64,000 nt of DNA from Lama glama (GCA_028534125.1 CM052817.1:37574001-37638000); one strand, 5' to 3'. Shown: positions 37,197-52,020, counted from the first letter of the stretch. Numbers and translations are program-made. Notes: generated by a model from the letters alone, not told the origin.

Positions 37197-38853
37197 TATA
37201 AATATGAATTATCTACATATAGGAAAAATATGCAGAAATGATAATTGTTACTTTATTAGGATAGTGCTTTATGGGTTCGAAACTTTTAATCTTTTATAAA
37301 TCATTTAAAATTTTGTTAAAGGAATAACTCCACATATGTCAGATCTTTGTTAAAATAATACATAATAATATCTGGTACCTAATATTAGAAAAATATAAAT
37401 ACTTGAGAAAAAGTTTTTAAAGAATACAAAGAAAAATGCTTCCCTTTTACATTTATTCCAAAATCACCTATAGAGTAAAAGTGGACAACACTTCCATACA
37501 CATTATTGATAAGTTAAGAGTTTCTACTTTTGGCGTAGCCTGAAGAGACTAGGCAGAAGGAAGAGCGGTGATGCCAAGGCGAAATTAAGTTTATATAGTA
37601 ACACTGCTGTGTCACCAACAGCACGAAGTTCATCTAGTTGATAAACAGCAGTAAATGGGTTTCAGTTTGGTTACACGCATTGTGCAGAAAGAAGGTCATA
37701 CAATGAATGATCATTCAGAAATAGGCAAGTATCTGGTCTTCATGTTTTCCTTTGCTTTTTATTTAATTAGAAAAAAAAGAGACTACAATGGCCCATGTAG
37801 TCCAACTGACAAGTACCTTCTGTTAAAGATCAGCAAGCCCAAGGCCTAAAAGAAATCAGGCATTAGAAGTTTAAAAAGTGCTTTTGATCTACCTCTCACT
37901 TCTATTACATATTTATTTAACTTCCAGGGGAATTTTTGGTTTTGTATCTTTGCCTAGGCCCTATTTGTATCAAAGTTCTTGGTAATTACCTGTTCCTGAC
38001 GGACAGCATAGAGAAAATCTATTCCCCGCCCTTAGCATAGTAGCCTAACAAGCCAGGATGGTTTCTTGTAAAGTGGGTGCTTTCGATAATGATGATTCAT
38101 ACACAGGGGTCCATGAAAAGATAAAGACACTGGTTCTCAGAAGACAGCATTTATAGAAGAGCTAGTTAACTATCCAATTAGCCATTCAACATTTTTTCTG
38201 AAAGTCAGTAAGCTAGAGATTGTGGTAAGATACAAATATCTCATCCTGGTATCAATAACAATACTATCATATACTAACGTATAAGCATATTAAGAGCAAG
38301 CATGTACATAATGTTTACTGTGTGTCAAGCTTACACTATATACTTTAGCTCACTTAATGTTACAGAGGGGGAAGTAACTTGTCTGAGGTCACACAGCTAG
38401 ATAAGTGCTGGAAGCAGAAATAAGAGTTAGGAGATTATGATAGGAATTCAAGAGAACAGAAATGAGAACCTGACCATAACCCTGGCAACAGGGCTGAAGA
38501 GCAAGAGATTAGAATGGCTGGACTTGAGAAATTCAGGCACCTAAGGGGATATGTGGGAAGGGAGGAGTCAGAGACACAGATTAAAAAAAAAGTAACATGG
38601 AAAGAATGGAGGTCAGGGACATAATACAACTCAAGGGGAACGGAAATATGTTTTTGTCTTTACAGTTACAGTGGGCTGGGATGTAAACTCTGTGAGTGCA
38701 AGGACTTTGTCCTCTTTACCACTTTATCCCAGGACCTAGGACAGCACTTAACATATAATGGTAATACATAAGACTTAGTGGGTGCTTACTCTGTGCTGGG
38801 TACTGTTCTAAGCACTTTACAAGTATTACCTTATTTAGCTTTCTGCTCTATAC

Positions 38854-39042
38854 CAGTGGTTCTCAAAATGTTATCTGCCAACCAGCAGCATCAGCAGCAT
38901 CTGGGAACTTGAGAGAAAAGCAAGTTCTCAGATCCCACTCCAGACCTATTGAATGGGAGATTATGGAGGTAGGACCCTGCCATCTGTGTTTTAGCAAGCC
39001 CATCAGGTGATTCTGATGCATGATCAAGTCTGAGAACCACTG
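38854..39042. mobile_element. Full-length MER5A (hAT-Charlie MITE)
   Basis: TIRs cagtggttctca ... tgagaaccactg, length 189 bp. The 8-bp TSD reads ctctatac (38846-38853) and ctctatgc (39043-39050). Confidence 0.92.
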
Positions 39043-39089
39043 CTCTATGCCCTACCTGCCATTTAGATCTTGCTTTGAATTCTGGACAT

Positions 39090-39300
39090 ATATACATAAG
39101 TGAGATTGGTGGATCACACGGTAGTTGTATTTTTAATTTTTTTTGAGGAAACTCCATACTGTTTTCCATAATGTCTACACTGTTATACATTCCCAAAACA
39201 CAGTATACAGAAGTTGTAATTTCTCTGCATCCTCGTCAACATTTGCTATTTTCTGTTCTTTTGATAGTAGTCATCCTAGTGGGCGTGAGGTGATATGTCT
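39090..39300 (-). mobile_element. L1 ORF2 fragment
   Basis: ttttaattttttttgaggaaactccatactgttttccataatg...catcctagtgggcgtgaggtgatat. The ORF track gives the L1-like peptide MENSMEFPQKKLKIQLPCDPPI. Confidence 0.8.
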
Positions 39301-39592
39301 ACAACTCCCACAAAAATTTTCAATTACATGTTGGACTCTGGGACTAGATAGTCCTGGAGTTTATTCTTTAGTGACTTACGGAGTGCCTGTCATATAACAA
39401 GTATACTTGTCAAAGTTGTGGATAAATGAATAAACAAATGGGAAGGAGAGGAGAAAGGATGGGTTAATAAGATTTAACATAGAATAAGCATAGTATAGTG
39501 TGGTTAAGGGCATTTGGTCTTTTTTAAACAAGTTCATTTGAGGCCCCTACACCAAAATAAAAAACACAATCAAGCAAAAAAGACTACATTAC

Positions 39593-39771
39593 CTTTTCAA
39601 CATCGGAGAGAGAGGTTAGTGACTGATTTTGAAGAACCTCTGGTGCAGTGAATGCTCGAAGATCCTGATTGGAAATATTTTCATCTGTAAATGATACGCT
39701 ACCAGATGGCAGCAACAGCAGAGACCACGGAGAAATGATGAAGCCAAGGGCAGCAGGATCAGCTATGCTTA
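39593..39771 (-). CDS. PTPN13: PTPN13 exon 3 (KIND domain)
   Basis: aaccag|TAAGC...GAAAAG|gtaatg, 179 nt. Translation: (V)SIADPAALGFIISPWSLLLLPSGSVSFTDENISNQDLRAFTAPEVLQNQSLTSLSDVEK. Confidence 0.97.
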
Positions 39772-40943
39772 CTGGTTTGTAACCACATAGAATAAAAAGA
39801 AAAAAGAAAGATAACTACTTAAAACCATAACCAGAGGAACACTTATATGAATTTCCCAGCATATTCATATATATGTTAATATAAGGCTACATACACCAAA
39901 TCAACAAGTTACAAAAAAAAGTGGGTTTTATATAGCTACTACTGCGCGTGTTACTAACAACGATGCCTTGATTGGGCTTAATCTTTCAAAACTTAGATGG
40001 TAGAGAACTTTCATTGTCAGTCATAAGAATTAAACTTGGTTCAAATACTTTATCACAGTGATATAGAGATATGAATAAAGATCAAAAGTTCTTTTTTTTC
40101 TCCAGTGGATTGTGGATTCCTTTGAAGATTTAGTGAAAACTATGGTCGAGAGACCATTTCAAGACAACTGCCCATAAACAAAACCCTGTGGACAAAGGTG
40201 TTCATGGATCTCTTTTCAGCCCGTTTAAGGTCCCAGGTTAAGATCCCCTGATTTAGACTATGCTATTCTGAAACTGACAGAAAGACATTCCTTTAATAAT
40301 TCATCAGATTTAGAATTAGTAAAATTTCCAGCTACAATGAAAGTCTCTCTTTTGCTCAATATGTATATTTGTCTGAATTTGAGTTCTGTCTTGTTTGCAC
40401 TTGTTCATTATTTCAGGCAGCTTCTGTGCTATCACAGGTGATCAATGAGGTCTCTAACTTTGTTTTGTTTTAATATTCGCCTGTGCGGGTGCCTAAGAGC
40501 TCCATTTAAGAGTACTACCCCGCCCCCCAAAAGTCCTTAGATTTCAGCAGGTTTCCTTCAAAAATAAAGCTACACATTAGGCTCAATAAAACAGACTTAT
40601 TAGAGAGAATTTTATTTTGTCCTCCTACTTCAAAAGGAAATTAATATAGGTTTTAAGGTAAATGCTAAATGAACTGACTTACAGACTCAAGAAATCTCTG
40701 TAGGAAAGTCACAGAAGGCCTCTGACTGCCAGTGCATTATTATTCAGTCTGAACGGGTTATACTGCTCTCTCTATAAGTCAAATCACAAGAAACTGACAG
40801 AAGTCTATGGGACAGGTATCAAACATACATTATCTATGATTTCCTAAAAACAACTTTTATTAGAAGTGAGCCATCCATTCTTTCCTTTTAACCTCTACCT
40901 ATGGTCAATATTCTGATCATCAGAATTAATACAAGAGTAAAGT

Positions 40944-41348
40944 AATGGACCTGGAGATCGTCATTCTAAGTGAAGTAAGAAAGAAAAAAAAGAATACCAT
41001 ATGATATCACTTGTTTGTAGAATCTAAAAAAAGAAAAAAGAGACACTAATGAACTCATCTACAAAACAGAAACAGACTCACAGACTTAGTAAACAATCTT
41101 ATGGTTATGGAGGGGAAAGAGCGTGGGAAGGGATAAATTTTGGAGTTCAAGATTTGCAAATATTAACTACTATATAAAAAAATAGATAAAAAATAAATCT
41201 CTTCTGTATAGCACAGGGATCTATGTTTAATATCTCAAAATAACCTTTAATGAAAAAGATTATAAAAATGAATATATATGCATGACTGGGACATTATGCT
41301 GTATGCCAGAAATTGACACATTGTAACTGACTACTTCAATAAAAATAA
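40944..41348 (+). mobile_element. 5'-truncated L1 (end of ORF2 plus 3'UTR, artiodactyl-type)
   Basis: atggacctggagatcgtcattctaagtgaagtaag ... aatgaactcatctacaaaacagaaacagactcacagac ... tgtatagcacaggga ... gactacttcaataaaaa. Confidence 0.9.
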
Positions 41349-41899
41349 GTACATTTTAAAAAAATCCTAAAAAATGTAAACTATCAACATTCATTTCTCC
41401 TTTGAAGATTAAAAAGCCAGCTATATGTTCTCTTGCATTCTTATGAACCTGAAACACGTCTTTAATAATTGTGTCAAGGAAGAAAAACATGTTTGAACGC
41501 ATCTTTTAATCAGCCAGCATCTTATGCTACCCTGAAGCCAAGTTACAGACCAGTGATCCTCATATTCCTACCCAACCACCTATCAGGCTGCTAAAAACAT
41601 GACTCAATTCTCATGACAAAATATGCTTCAGTGAACCATCACAGCTCGTAAGCCTAGGTATACTGTTGTCTTTCATAGCTACTTTACACATTTTCTGTTA
41701 AAAACTTCTTCTTGGGTCTTTCACGCACAAATACCACAAAATTCAGCCAGAGAAGAACTCCAACGTGGCAGAACAATATTATCTTTGCTGAAGAATGCTA
41801 TTCAGAATATTGAGATTTTACATAATCTAAAATTTTACATAATGTCACAGACATTAGAAAACTGTCTACAAACAATTCCTTTCAAAACAGCAACTAAAG

Positions 41900-42435
41900 A
41901 GAACAAATATGAGGAGACCAATCCAGAAGGCAATGCACTAATATCTGGTATGAGATGGTGATGCCCTGGAACCACAGCGGTGGCAGCAGAGGTAGTGAGA
42001 ACCTGCTGGCACCTGAATATGTTGTGGAGGTAATGACAACAAGAGACTGGGTGTGCAGTGAAAGAAAATGGGGAATCAAGATGACTCCAAGACTTTGGTC
42101 TCAGTAACAGAAAGGATGGAGTGTCATAACGGAGAGTGAGAAGACTGCAGGACAGGTTGCTGAGGTAGGGGCCAGGAGACAGTGGTAGGAATTAGAACTT
42201 TACTTTGGGACGGATTAAGTTTTAGGTCTTTGTTAGAGATTCAAATGGAGGTGTTGAGAAGTCAGCTGGATTTCAAGTTTGGGAGAAAGGTTTAAATTGG
42301 AGATACATTTGGGGAGTTACTGGCCTAACAGATGGTATCAAAGGCCTTGTGACTGGACGAGAGGACCAAAAAGTGAGTTAAAACAGAAAAGAAATGAAAG
42401 ACAAGGACTGTGCCCTGGGACACTCCATCATTAAG
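41900..42435 (-). mobile_element. L2 fragment
   Basis: ggaatcaagatgactccaagactttggtct, gtcagctggat, ggagatacatttggggagt and ggactgtgccctgggacactcca are reverse-strand L2 motifs. Confidence 0.75.
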
Positions 42436-44426
42436 GCCAACTGCTGCCTTTTTTTCCTGCTGTTGTTCTCCCAGGCATCCAGACAAGCATGGCGCTGCAA
42501 TCTCCCTCTCACATTTCTCCTCTCACTCATCAGTGCCAGTCTCCACCTCACTATTTTAATTAATTATTTTTACTGGCTTTTCTATCCAGCTCCCCAGCAT
42601 CCAATCCTGAACCTAAGAGAGGAGGCTTGGATTCCAACACTCGTGTCTAGTTCTTGTCAGCCTTATTTGGGGACAGACTATGATTTCCGGTATACCTGTT
42701 ACCACCTGAATTTATAAATCATTAGAGGTCACAGCTAACACAGAAGCATGGACATCACCCTGAAGTCTAAATGCTGTGTCCTGTTCTGCTGTTCTGGATG
42801 CTGGTATCCATTCAGACCAGAAAAGGGCTTGCTACACTTCTCCTCACCCCAAGCCACAGACTACCTCTACCCACTCTGTGACAGGGCAGCACAGAACAGA
42901 AAGTGAAGGTGAAAGTAACCCCTAATGGCTGATCAATCTGAAATTAAGAGATTCAGTCACTCACCAGCACAATCAAGGTCATCAAAATCACTGCTCTGGT
43001 AAGAACTGTATCTTTCAACTTTTGCTTTACACAGTAGGCTTCTGTTTATTTGTTTTTACTGAACAGCTGAAGTATACCATTCTTTTAAGCCCTATGCATA
43101 TTTAAACATAATGTTCTCAAAATTTTAAGTCATTTGCTCAGAGAGTCCACAGTATTACTGGGGAGATAAAATGTACTCATAAATAAGTACAAGATAGAAA
43201 GCATAAGGCATCTGAGAGAGAAAAAAAGAATACAAAAGGGAATTTAGAGGAAAGCAAAATTACTTCACTTCCAATGAAGAGAGAATTAATTTCTTTTTTT
43301 TTTTATATGTAGCCCATTAAGATGAGTAAGATTTTTCTGTGGTTAAAGGGGAGATTCCAAAGAGAAGAAACAGCCAAAGCAAAGGCAAGGAAATTATTAA
43401 ATTTGTACAAGGAACAGCAAAGGAACGATGGAGAACAGTAAGAAACAGAATTGCTAAGGTGGGTCATATTTTTGCTTGTTTAAAAAGACATGTACAAAAA
43501 AAGACAAATATTTTTGCTGTTGTCTAATGTGATTCTTAAATCTCTTGTAATAAAGCTAAAGCAGCTGTGACAACAAACTACATTGCTTTCAAATTTCCAA
43601 AACACACACATGCCATTTAAGTACTGCATTCTTTAGAAAATAAGCCACAAAACAGATTTTTCAATAATTATAAAGGTTATGTAAACCTTCAAGTGAGGAA
43701 ATTAAGAGTCATCGCTCGCATCAGTCAAATTTGCCCTCCTTGTCTAACTAAAAGGAAGGAATTTAAAACAAATGTATTCATAATCCTTCAAAGAATGCTA
43801 ACAAAAGAATATTTAAAAATGGAATTCCAGAAGCTTGTAATTTGGTGTCCCATAATGTTTTAGTTGTACGATGACTGTACTCAAGAATGCTATTATTATG
43901 AAAGAGTAAATCTGATGTGAACTGATTCCAGTACTCAAGAGATTCTATTTATAGACCTTTACCAACATTCCACAGAAAAAGTTGCTTCATCAAAATTTCA
44001 AGCAGTTAGAGGCAAAATTAGAAATAAGCAGAAATCTGATATGCAAAGAAACATCTTAGAGCTTCTTCCCAATGTTCCTTCAAACTAAGACCCCATGTAC
44101 ACATTCCTCCCTCCAGCCCAAGGGAATCTTACCATGTCCTTTCAGATGTCCCCTTCATTTTATTTTTTGGCCCTCCATTATGGTATAAAAATTAGAGAAA
44201 TGATCATAACTGGGTAACAAACATGATAAGGCAAAACTAATCAAAAGTATCAGGAAATCATTTATAGACTTAGAACAACAATGATATGGTTTTGACCTGA
44301 AAAGTTAAATATTAGAGTGCTTGGCAAAAATCTATGCAGAGGCCACTATTTCAAACTCTGAAGGATTTGATGAAGTTATTCTATGATACAGAATTCTCTC
44401 AAAAATTCAGTTCATAAGCGTAAAAT

Positions 44427-44460
<34 letters not shown>
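44427..44460. repeat. Compound (AC)11(AT)6 microsatellite
   Basis: Seen directly. Confidence 0.92.
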
Positions 44461-45014
44461 GCAGTGTTACTCATTGGGTATAACAATGTACAAACAGAAT
44501 AAAAAATGTGGTGTAGAGTATTTCCCCTCTATCTGAATATTTTCTTGACAGTAAAGCTTTGTGATAAATTGTTTAAGACTCACTGGAAATTACAGTCTAT
44601 TCTCCAAATTGATTCCCAATTAAAATTTTAGTTCCTCATAAATTTTGTTACTAATTTTTCAAACTTCAGTTTCTCTAATACAAAATGCCAATCCCTTTTT
44701 GAAAATAAAATTGTGTATTATTATTGGAATTAAGATATCTGTATAATGTAAACTGGTAATGATAATCTCTTCAAAGACATTTTACATCATGCAAATTTCC
44801 TTGATGTAGCCAATCATTCAATGGCATTGAATAAATCCCTTTAAGACTTTGGTCCTCAAGAACTTAGATTCTGATGTGGTAGTTCCCAGACTCTGCTAAG
44901 CTCACTCAGGAGACTTGGAAAGGTATCAGACAAACTGCCAGCTTCATTTCATCCCTTTAAATATCTGAATTCATTAATTTAGTATTTGGTCTCATTTAAT
45001 TAAGAAAGGCAGTA

Positions 45015-45235
45015 ATGTGTAATATCAGGAGTGCAGACTGAAGTCAGAATCTCTGGGTTCATATTCTAGGTTTGACCTTTATAGCTTACATTGCAATCTT
45101 AAATAAATTACTTAGTCTCCCTGTGCCTCAATTTCCTCATCTGGATAGATAAGGCTGTTGTGAGGAATCATGGCAAAAGCATTTAGAAGTGTTTCCGGCA
45201 CACAATAAGTACAATACAAAAGTACTAGCTATTAT
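45015..45235 (+). mobile_element. MIR SINE
   Basis: ctgggttcatattct...ttacttagtctccctgtgcctcaatttcctcatctg...gttgtgagga...ggcacacaataagt. Confidence 0.78.
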
Positions 45236-47191
45236 CATTTAATAAAACTTTTTCTCTGAAGATACCAGATGTAGACAATACATCTAAGAAAAGGTTTTAC
45301 TTAAGTTTATCTTCAATCACCTATTTAACTTTTCCCCGCAATGGAAGACAAGGAGCATACCATACATGATAAGTACTGTTTCAGAGTAACAGATCAACTT
45401 CCCAAATTGCCCTATTTTAGATCTTTGGGAATTTGCAGGGCACTTCTTCCCTAAATGTCATATTAGAAATATAGAAGATTTAAGGCACAAAGTATCCTAA
45501 ACCACTAATTTTTTCTTCAGTTCTTGGGAAATATACTTTCTATAAGTGTTCTACTTATTACATGCACAGATCCTAAATTTAGAAAAATTAGTTTAAATTT
45601 TACAATCAAGGCAGTTTGTACTTATTGAGCAACTACATGTGTGAAATTGGTTTTACTGTACCTAGTCATGATTTTAGGTATAACATGAATTATTAGATGA
45701 AGAAATCTATTTGAATGTACACTTATCAACTACAAGATCAGCATCTAGTTTTAGAAAATTTTATTTGTAAAAGAACTGAAAGCATTCTGATGGCAAAAAA
45801 ATATGCAAACTTCTTATTCCAAATTGATATGAGTGTTTCTTTACTAGAATAGGAAAGACACTTTTATTTCTTACTGATGACATTTACTCATACACATTCT
45901 TTTCCTTTTTTCCTTCCTTCCTTCCTCCCTTTCCCCCTTTCTCTCTTTTCTTCACTACACACATGCAAGCCACTTATCCAAACCACAACCACTGGAATCT
46001 TGGTATGAACACTCATCAGTTAGGCTTCTAGTAGTTTTGTTTTGTTATGTACTTGCAAGACTTGAGAGAATTCCAAACCATGTATCTTGGTAACAAGACA
46101 CTAATGAGATCTGAGTTTAACAAGAGTGATATATAGGCAATCTGTATTACTAAAACTAAATTGATTATGACTGAAAGCAACAGGGCTTAAATGGCTGGAC
46201 AATATGGATCTCTAAGAATTTGTCCTCTTTTTCAGCAAACCTCCGTGGCCACCTGATCCAAGCAGCAGCAAAGAAATAATAGCAGTTCTTTCCGCTTGTT
46301 CCTTGCATTCTTATCATACTCTGAGGAAATTGTTTATTCCTTTATTCCTTTGATGCATTCAGTTCCTCCTCTCAGATTTCCCTTGGTGTTCACCTTTCCC
46401 ACAACCTTCTTTATCCTCAATAAAAACTGCACACCCCAAAATTACATGCCAAAATACTGAACAAAATGCTTTTGTGACTCTGTTTTCACATACTTTTTCC
46501 AGAATATAAGTGGTTTAAGAATAGGAACTATAAACTTCCTAAGATCAGGTACAACACCATTATGATAATATAGTTGTAATACTTGAAAAAAATGAATTTG
46601 TTTACAATTCTAACTCTAGACCACTGGTCCATGCCTGTTCCTTCTGCCCTGCTCTATGACAATAGCTTATTAATTTACATTTTGCTGGTTCTCCAAAAAG
46701 GTTATTTTGAATCCCTATTATGAAGAGAAACAAAGTTTTCTTTCAACTTTCAAATACCAGAAATGCTAAATTATTCTCCAAGCAAATACTCTGGCTCTTT
46801 ATTCTCCAGTCTTTATTACTTGTAGTTACACTTTCAAGTAGGATTCAAAGGAAGTGCCAGCTTTGTTAACTGGAATACTGCAACAAACTTATTTACAAAG
46901 TATCTGCCTTTGAGGGCTTCGGGGGTAATTAAGAAAGCACAGAGGCCTCCTGTCTCCTAAGTCACAGGACTTTTTGTGTGATTTCTGGAGACAGGGTTCA
47001 GGATTCTACACAGTGTTTTCTAAAAGCTTCCTGGGGATCCGGATGGGCATACCAACCTACCCAACACACAAGTAAGAACCAGTATCTTTACTAGAGACTA
47101 TAAAAGGATAGCATAGTTCAACCAAGGTGCATCTTGACCTTGTACCTGCCCCATTTCTATGTCAATTAACCGATACTTAAGAATATCATGA

Positions 47192-47364
47192 GGATAAACA
47201 AGTTTCTTCTGTAAAGCACAGGGAACTTATATTCAATATCTTGCAATAACCTATAATGAAAAAGAATATGAAAGTGAATATATGTATGTATATGTATGAC
47301 TGAAACATTATGCTGTACACAAGAAATTGATAGATTGTAAACTGACTATACTTCAATAAAAAAA
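47192..47364 (+). mobile_element. 5'-truncated L1 3' end
   Basis: gcacagggaacttatattcaatatcttgcaataacctataatgaaaaagaatatgaaa...actgactatacttcaataaaaaaa. It is homologous to the copies at 9161 and 40944. Confidence 0.88.
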
Positions 47365-49304
47365 TTATGAAAATATGGTAAGACAGAGTATGTACGACTC
47401 TATATCCTTCTCTAATACTTTAAATTTTTTTCCACTTAAAAAGTCACAAATGAGGCATTTTACAAAAGATATGGCAAGACAGAAAGTGTTACGAGTAACT
47501 ATTTTATCCAAATTGTAATAAAGTCATTTTGTATTAGAAAGGCAGAATGACTACCAGAAGTAATTTTAGACTAGAAGTGAGACCTAAATAGTTCTTTTCT
47601 ATTTATAAGAAAGAAAAGATGAATAAACAGCACCAAACTAAGGATGTCATTGACTACACATTTAGAAATAAACTGTCTTATCCAGCTAATAAAATTATTT
47701 TTATCTGGCTTTTTTTCTATCTTGTTCCCAAAGTAAAGCAAACTACAAATGAACTTCCAATGCATTTTATTTCTTTCCTGACACTTTCTATAAATCCAAT
47801 AAACAACTATATCATCTCAAGCCTTGGGCTGAGTGCCTTTGATCTCCTCCCCACTGTCTGCTATGCGAATGTGGCATTAAGCATACAACCAGTACCTCGA
47901 CGAGATCCTGGGATTAATATAAATTTTTATTTCCCCAAGGAGGATCCAAACTTTGAGAGTAAAACTTTTTCTTATAATATTTTAGGCTGCAGACTTCTAA
48001 AAGGCAAATCTGCTTGAAGGTGGTTTCTTTCTCAAAATATACCTATCATATCTTGTTTGATTACCCCATCCAAGCAGCTGTAAAAACGTTTCATCTTGAA
48101 TGGTATAGTCTATTTAAAAACCTGTCTTCATTGTTAGTTTAACAATTTTGTCTAAGCAATTTCAGAACCAAGAGCTAAGTTTCTTAAAACACTGGCATTT
48201 CTGTTGCCACTTAACAACTTTGTAACAGCCTCTGTGGATCACACATCTGCCATATTACATTTTGTTAGACAAAATAAACTATAATTGAGGTAACTAGCAA
48301 TAGAAATAAGTTATATGGTAAAGACCCTTTATAAAGCAGCAGGTTTTGGGGTTTCCCCCTCCAATACAGACAAAGTTTCAAGTTAAAGGAGTTCTTCTTC
48401 CACCCCTGCTAGCTACATAAAACCAGGGCAGGGGTGGAAGGGGAATACAAAATTTAAGACGATGAACTCAGCAACTTTTCTCTTTACTTTCAAGGACCTG
48501 GAATTTATACAAAGACTGAAAAACCAATAAATATCAAGGGTGACTGTCATTTATTTCATTTTTGGAGAACTGGATGAAAAGGTCAATGAAAATTAATGAT
48601 TTTTAGTTTCCAGAAGGAAGGAAATACACAGTGTTCCAGAGAGGACTTGCCTTTATGATGACATGATTCCACATAACCATGATCTGTAGCTGCTTATGAA
48701 AAATATTTTTGTTATCACAAATGCCATTCTCTGCAGCTCTTTAGCTATTACCCTCCTATTTACATTTTAAAGAAGTTTCCTTTCCAAAGGGGAAGGGAGG
48801 CTTATTTGAGTGGTAAACTATTCTATTTTTCAAAAAGCAGTATTAGGATATACTTCCGTAAAAATGTTAACCATGACTAATACACATCACCCCAAGAAAG
48901 AAAAAAATCTTAACCTGTTACTAAATGACACAAGGCATAAAATTCCATTCTGATTTCTATATATGAGAAAAGAAATATGAGAATTAATTATAAAATGTTT
49001 TATTTAAAAAGCTTAGTTACATAATATGGAAAAAATCTTAGTCAGAATGTTGAGTAAAATGAGTCATATTCACTAAAGAATTCACACGGTATGGTTTTAT
49101 TTATATAATGTTTAAAATCAGATTGCTTACAAACCTATCCATGTGATATGTCATAATAATGATTACTCTTGGTAACCAAGAACCGATTAGGAGGAAGGAT
49201 GAGCGGCCATCCTGGGTGCTGGAAATCTTGATCTAGGTGGTGGTTCTATGTGTGTGCACATTCACAAAATTCATCAGGCTGTACAATTAGGAATAATGCT
49301 TTTA

Positions 49305-49532
49305 AGCCAAGACATGGAAACAGTCTAAATGTCCATCGACAGATGACTGGATAAAGAAGATGTGGTATATTTATACAATGGAATACTATTCAGCCATAAA
49401 AACCAACAACATAATGCCATTTGCAGCAATATGGATGTCCCTGGAGAATGTCATTCTAAGTGAAGTAAGCCAGAAAGAGAAAGGAAAATACCATATGAGA
49501 TCACTCATATGTGTAATCTTAAAAAAAAAAAA
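49305..49532 (+). mobile_element. L1 ORF2 C-terminal fragment running into a gap
   Basis: The translation WYIYTMEYYSAIKTNNIMPFAAIWMSLENVILSEVSQKEK is the characteristic L1 ORF2p C-terminus. Confidence 0.92.
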
Positions 49533-50032
49533 NNNNNNNNNNNNNNNNNNNNNNNNNNNNNNNNNNNNNNNNNNNNNNNNNNNNNNNNNNNNNNNNNNNN
49601 NNNNNNNNNNNNNNNNNNNNNNNNNNNNNNNNNNNNNNNNNNNNNNNNNNNNNNNNNNNNNNNNNNNNNNNNNNNNNNNNNNNNNNNNNNNNNNNNNNNN
49701 NNNNNNNNNNNNNNNNNNNNNNNNNNNNNNNNNNNNNNNNNNNNNNNNNNNNNNNNNNNNNNNNNNNNNNNNNNNNNNNNNNNNNNNNNNNNNNNNNNNN
49801 NNNNNNNNNNNNNNNNNNNNNNNNNNNNNNNNNNNNNNNNNNNNNNNNNNNNNNNNNNNNNNNNNNNNNNNNNNNNNNNNNNNNNNNNNNNNNNNNNNNN
49901 NNNNNNNNNNNNNNNNNNNNNNNNNNNNNNNNNNNNNNNNNNNNNNNNNNNNNNNNNNNNNNNNNNNNNNNNNNNNNNNNNNNNNNNNNNNNNNNNNNNN
50001 NNNNNNNNNNNNNNNNNNNNNNNNNNNNNNNN
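49533..50032. other. Assembly gap (500 N)
   Basis: Run of N following an A-tract inside an L1. Confidence 1.
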
Positions 50033-50559
50033 ATAAAGTCTTAAAAAACCAAACCAATTAGGAAGGCAATTTGAAGTTCAGTGCTTTGTCTCCCTTTTCC
50101 TGCATTAAGTGAGTTACTCTCCTTTGGTTCCATCAGACTGGAAGTTTCACATTTTCTTTTTGTTTTGTGATTATCCTTACAAACTTTAAGGATATTTGAC
50201 TATGCAAACTCCAAAGTCAAAAAACCTGCCATTCTCATGAATAGATTCAAACCTTTAAGCTGTTTTAACTCCTATCACCTATCCCAGCCTAATCTTATTA
50301 TTTTATTCATAATTTTTAATTTGACAACACTATTATTGATGTTTTATACAGCCAAACTTACTTAGATTTACCATCAAGTTGTTGAATTCTTTTGCTTTCA
50401 TTCCTTCCTGAAGTTTTCTTCTTCCATCAAAGTTCCCTTCTTCCTGAAATACACCTTTTAGTAATTTCCTCAGTGAGGGTTTGTTGATGGTAAATTCACC
50501 AAGTTTTCGTCTGAAAAGGTTGATCTTTTAATTGAACCACATTAGGAGGACATTAAATT

Positions 50560-51032
50560 CTATCTGCACACTTCAGAATGGTAGTTGTTACCCACATATG
50601 GCTTTTAAGAACTTGAAATGTGGCTAACATAACTGAAGAAGTGAATTTTAAATTTATTTTCATTTAAATTTGAAAATGAATGCTTAATCAATTAATGGAA
50701 AACTTTAAAAAGTATGCATGGAACAACTTGAGTACATAAACCCCACCTTTTCATCAGTACATTTCATGAAATCTAAATATTTTTGAAGAAATTGAGAGTC
50801 TGAAGTGAGATGTGTTGTGAGTGTAAAACAGATTTTTACTCAGTATTAAAAAGTGTACTTATTAATATCTTATACTGATTACATATTAAAATATTTTAAT
50901 ACACTGGATTAAGTAAAATATACTATTAAACTTGATTGCATCTAGCTCGTTTTAACCTTTTCGTAATGAGTCTCCGAGGTAATTCAAAATTATATGTATT
51001 ATGCATATTACATTTCCATTAGACAGTATTGT
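50560..51032. mobile_element. MER33/Charlie1-derived DNA transposon relic, apparently nested in an old antisense L1
   Basis: cacatatggcttttaagaacttgaaatgtggctaacataactgaagaagtgaattttaaattt ... catttccattagacagtattg. Boundaries approximate. Confidence 0.6.
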
Positions 51033-51621
51033 TCTAGGTTGAATTACATTCTTTATTTTTTCTTTTAAAAATAATTATGAAGTATTCTTGTAGCAGTTTT
51101 AAGATGATATTCTATCAAATTATGATTCCACTGTTGCTGTTAAGAGGTCTGCTATTAGCCTAATTGTTTTTCCTCTTTGTAAGGGTCTTTCTGATTGATT
51201 TAAACATCTCTTTATTTGTTGTGTCCTCTACTTCCAAATCCATGAATCTATGTGTGAATATATTTTTATTTATTTTGACTGTGACTGAAGTTTCTAGAAT
51301 ATGAGGAGATATATATTTCACCCATTCTCAAAAATTCTCAGCCATTACATTTCCACTTACTGTTCTGCCTCCCATTCTCTCTGGTTTTCCTTCTGGAAGT
51401 CATTAGAGGTATGTTAGACCTTCTCATTCAATCCTCCATGAACCTGAAGTTCCTTACACTTTTAATATCTAGGTGATCTTTTCAGCACTGTAGTCTAATT
51501 TTCTCTTTAAAAAGAAAAGAGAATCTATATAATTTGTTGTTTTAGATCTCCACTGGGGTCCTAAATCCCAGTTACTGTGTATTTCATTTCTAGATGTTTC
51601 ATTTAATTTTTTTTTTCATTC

Positions 51622-52020
51622 TGTCTGCCTTAACTTGCTAGGGCTGCCATTATAAATACCACAGACTAGGTGGCTTCAATAATGTAAGTTTATTTTCACA
51701 CAGTTCTGGGGTGCAGAAGTCCAAGAGCAAGGTCCCAGCAGGGTTGGTTTCCTCCAAGGCCTTTATCCTTGCCTTGTAGGTGGCCATCTCCCTGTGTCTC
51801 CACATGGTCTTCCCTCTGTGCGTGTCTGTCCTAATTTCCCCTTCTTGTAAGGATACCAGTCATACTGAATTAGGGCCTGCTCTAATATCCTCATTTTAAC
51901 TTTAATTACCTCTTTAAAGACCCTACCCTCATATATAGTCATATTTTGAGGTACTGGCAGTTAGGACTTCAACACGACTTTTGGGAGAACAGAATGCAGC
52001 TTGTAACACTGCCCATAACA
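51622..52020 (-). mobile_element. MLT1 (MaLR) solo LTR
   Basis: gctagggctgccattataaataccacagactaggtggctt...cacagttctgg...aagtccaagagcaagg...aaggataccagtcatactgaattagggcc...gaggtactgg..ttaggacttcaaca. Confidence 0.88.
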